Source: Carcharhinus longimanus
Taxonomy: Eukaryota
Assembly (NCBI GenBank): GCA_030264375.1
Contig: JASCQW010000130.1
Coordinates: forward strand, 17,588,696-17,652,695
Reading direction: 5' to 3'
DNA length: 64,000 nt
In this document: in pieces, positions 61,636-64,000 of the stretch
How the letters are laid out: each line of letters begins with the position of its first letter
How positions within the stretch are numbered: position 1 is the stretch's first letter
The notes under the pieces: generated by a model
The model's input: only the letters and a program-made list of their open reading frames with translations
The model's database searches: none
Told to the model about the DNA's origin: nothing
Position numbers and translations under genes: made by a program

Positions 61636-63078
61636 GTGATCGTTTTGTTCTACTTGTTTTGTCTTAAATTTTAGAATCATTTATGGATTTTTGCAGCATC
61701 ACAATGTAAAACTACTTGTGAAAAATGTTTAAATAATTTATTAATGTTCTGGAGAATTAATCCAGCATTGATATTTTAGTTTAAAAAAACATGTCAGCAT
61801 CCCAGAACAAGTGTTTGTCAAGGTATTTATCTTAGTGTGGCATATAGTGGTTCACTTCTATGTTAGGAAACTAGTAACTCTCAGTTGCTGTTAAACTATT
61901 CCTACTTCTGGTTCTTTAATCAAGGAAATAAATCATGTGTACTGCACTGAGATGCATACTGTTGTCTGTTTTACATTGATGGAAAAAGACAATATGTGCT
62001 TGATGTAGTAGTAACATCACTGCTCTGGCAGGAGTCCAAACTTTGTATGAGTTCTGCATGTGTTTTTACTTTTAGTTAAAAAGCTGATCAGTGCAATCTA
62101 CACAACACCTCGTGTTTAACGCCATTTTACATACACTCAAACTTCACCGAGAACCAAATCTCAGAATTTTAAATTACTTTTAAAGGCAATAAATTTAAGT
62201 ATGATTATTATACATGCCCAAACATGTAATACTTTAAGTGAAAATATAATTAACAAATCATTATAGTTTAATTTCTGATTACTAGTCTTCGACATGAGTG
62301 TGTCTTTGATGTGGTTTGGGATCCGATGGGCTAAAGTTAGTAGCTCGTACAGAAAGTTTCCTTTGGCCTTAGGAATGAGATTTTTGAGAGTGAAATGCAT
62401 TGCTTAACGGGTTTTCCATTACATTGCATTTTTTGTTTTAGGGGTTGAATGCTAGGTTTTTTAGTGTATTCATGAGAAGTCTTTCTCTCTTACTATGGAA
62501 GCAAACTTGTTACTCCTGACTTAAAAAAGAACTAAAGCTGATATATAAGGAATGAACATTGTCTAATTTTTCCCACATGTTGGAAGGTTAATCTCTAACA
62601 ACCAGTGGTTATGGTGAGAAATAATTGATTGTGCCTTTAAGATGTCTCTGAGGTTAATTCAGTAAAACATTGCATTGTTAGGTGCATACACTTTTATTCA
62701 GGGAAGGTATTAGTAATAATAAATATTGAGTATAAATTTGAAGTCATGACTTCCAGGACTCAAATGAGGTTCTTTAATTTTTACCTCTGAAGTTCTCCCT
62801 GATGTGGGTGTTTTGAAAGGCTCTTTGGAGAGGGAAGGAGAAATGCTTAACTGTAAAAGGAGAACAGAAAGTATATTTTTGGTGTAGTAAATCTTTTGCA
62901 AACATACAATCCCATCAACAAGATAATTTTTGGGGGCCTCTGCAGAAATTCATTCAGCACCAACACACAGGGAAGAGTATTCAGAAGTGGGAGATGTTTT
63001 GTTACTGAGCTGTAATAATATTTTCTCTCTGTTTCATGGGCTAAATGTGATGTTAAAAAAGTTTCTTTTGTTCCACAG

Positions 63079-63241
63079 AAATATCGATATGGATCCGATG
63101 GGCTAAAGTTAGTAGCTCATACAGAAACAGTTTCCTTTGGACGTTCAGTACTGAAATTAACCTTTGACCCTGGCAAGTCACAAGCTGGCAAATTGACCGT
63201 AGAGTGCAGATTGGATCACCCCTTCTATGTGAAAAACAAAG
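63079..63241 (+). CDS. HBP1: HBP1 exon 7 (AXH domain)
   Basis: ttccacAG / AAG|GTCAGA, 163 nt. Encodes KYRYGSDGLKLVAHTETVSFGRSVLKLTFDPG...LTVECRLDHPFYVKNK. Confidence 0.96.
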
Positions 63242-63368
63242 GTCAGATATATACCATCGGTATTATAATTATTTTATTTGCTAATTGCCAACAGTGTGGT
63301 ATAGCTAAAAACATTTTTCTGCCAAAATATGGAATACAGATTTTTTTTCTTTTTTTAAATAAATACAG

Positions 63369-63513
63369 GATGGTCTTCCTTTTACCCCAGCTTAACAGTG
63401 GTTCATCATGGAATTCCGTGTTGTGAAATGGAAGTTGGAGATGTTTGTCTACCTCCTGGGCATCCAGATGCCAACAATTTTGATGATTCTGGAGTTTTTG
63501 ACACGTTTAGGAG
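63369..63513 (+). CDS. HBP1: HBP1 exon 8 (AXH C-terminal part)
   Basis: aatacAG / GAG|GTGACA, 145 nt. Encodes GWSSFYPSLTVVHHGIPCCEMEVGDVCLPPGHPDANNFDDSGVFDTFR. The HMG box lies beyond the window. Confidence 0.96.
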
Positions 63514-64000
63514 GTGACAAAATATATTTGACTTGATGTTTTTATTTACAAAAGTTATGTTTTAGCTTTAATATAGTGGGCCGTGACATTTTCGAAATAG
63601 AATGACTTGCACTGGAGATAATTTGAGTTTAGCTGCTTTTTTAAATGTGTTGTAAATCTTATAAATATGTAAAATTATAGAATTTCATATTAAGGAGGTA
63701 TGAGAACTAATAAAACTAAAAACAGGGAAATTTCCTGAATGATCATCAATTCTAGGTTATTTGTTTCATTGGAGCCAGGTACAGCTAGAATTCCACTTTC
63801 ACTGTTGCTCGTAAGAACCAAAGACAGATTGGAAATTTAAATTCAGAAAGTTAAAATTTGTGTCTTGATCTTCACAGTTGTTCTCAAGTTGGTTTTATCT
63901 TCTAAAATATTACTTTATTGTAATTTCGAATAGTTATTGATGCTGTGATTTATTATTGCTGAGTAAATCTGGGAATCAAATTAAAAAGCAGAACCGACAA

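Overview
Vertebrate genomic DNA, almost certainly a cartilaginous fish (shark-type SINE, CR1 and Penelope repeats). It holds two + strand genes in the same order as on human 7q22: the last six coding exons and 3' UTR of PRKAR2B (PKA RII-beta, about 1.4-23 kb), and the CpG-island promoter plus exons 1-8 of HBP1 (39.6-63.5 kb). All exon junctions were checked by hand for GT-AG and frame continuity. Introns and intergenic DNA are dense with CR1, L2, Rex1 and Tx1 LINE fragments, tRNA-derived SINEs, Harbinger-like remnants and three Penelope-like families carrying minimal hammerhead motifs. The most striking object is a young CR1-type LINE (- strand, 50820-53106) nested in HBP1 intron 2. Its ATG-less ORF2 overlaps ORF1 by 16 nt around an in-phase U-UUA-AAC slippery heptamer followed by a G-rich tract (candidate -1 ribosomal frameshift). 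Its 5' UTR is a 191-nt tandem repeat in which each unit carries a complete 83-85 nt GT-AG mini-intron, and its ORF1 esterase has lost catalytic residues. HBP1 introns also contain two short locally templated copies: a fold-back duplication and a 48-nt copy of coding exon 7. Repeat boundaries are approximate and family names come from recognition, not a database search.
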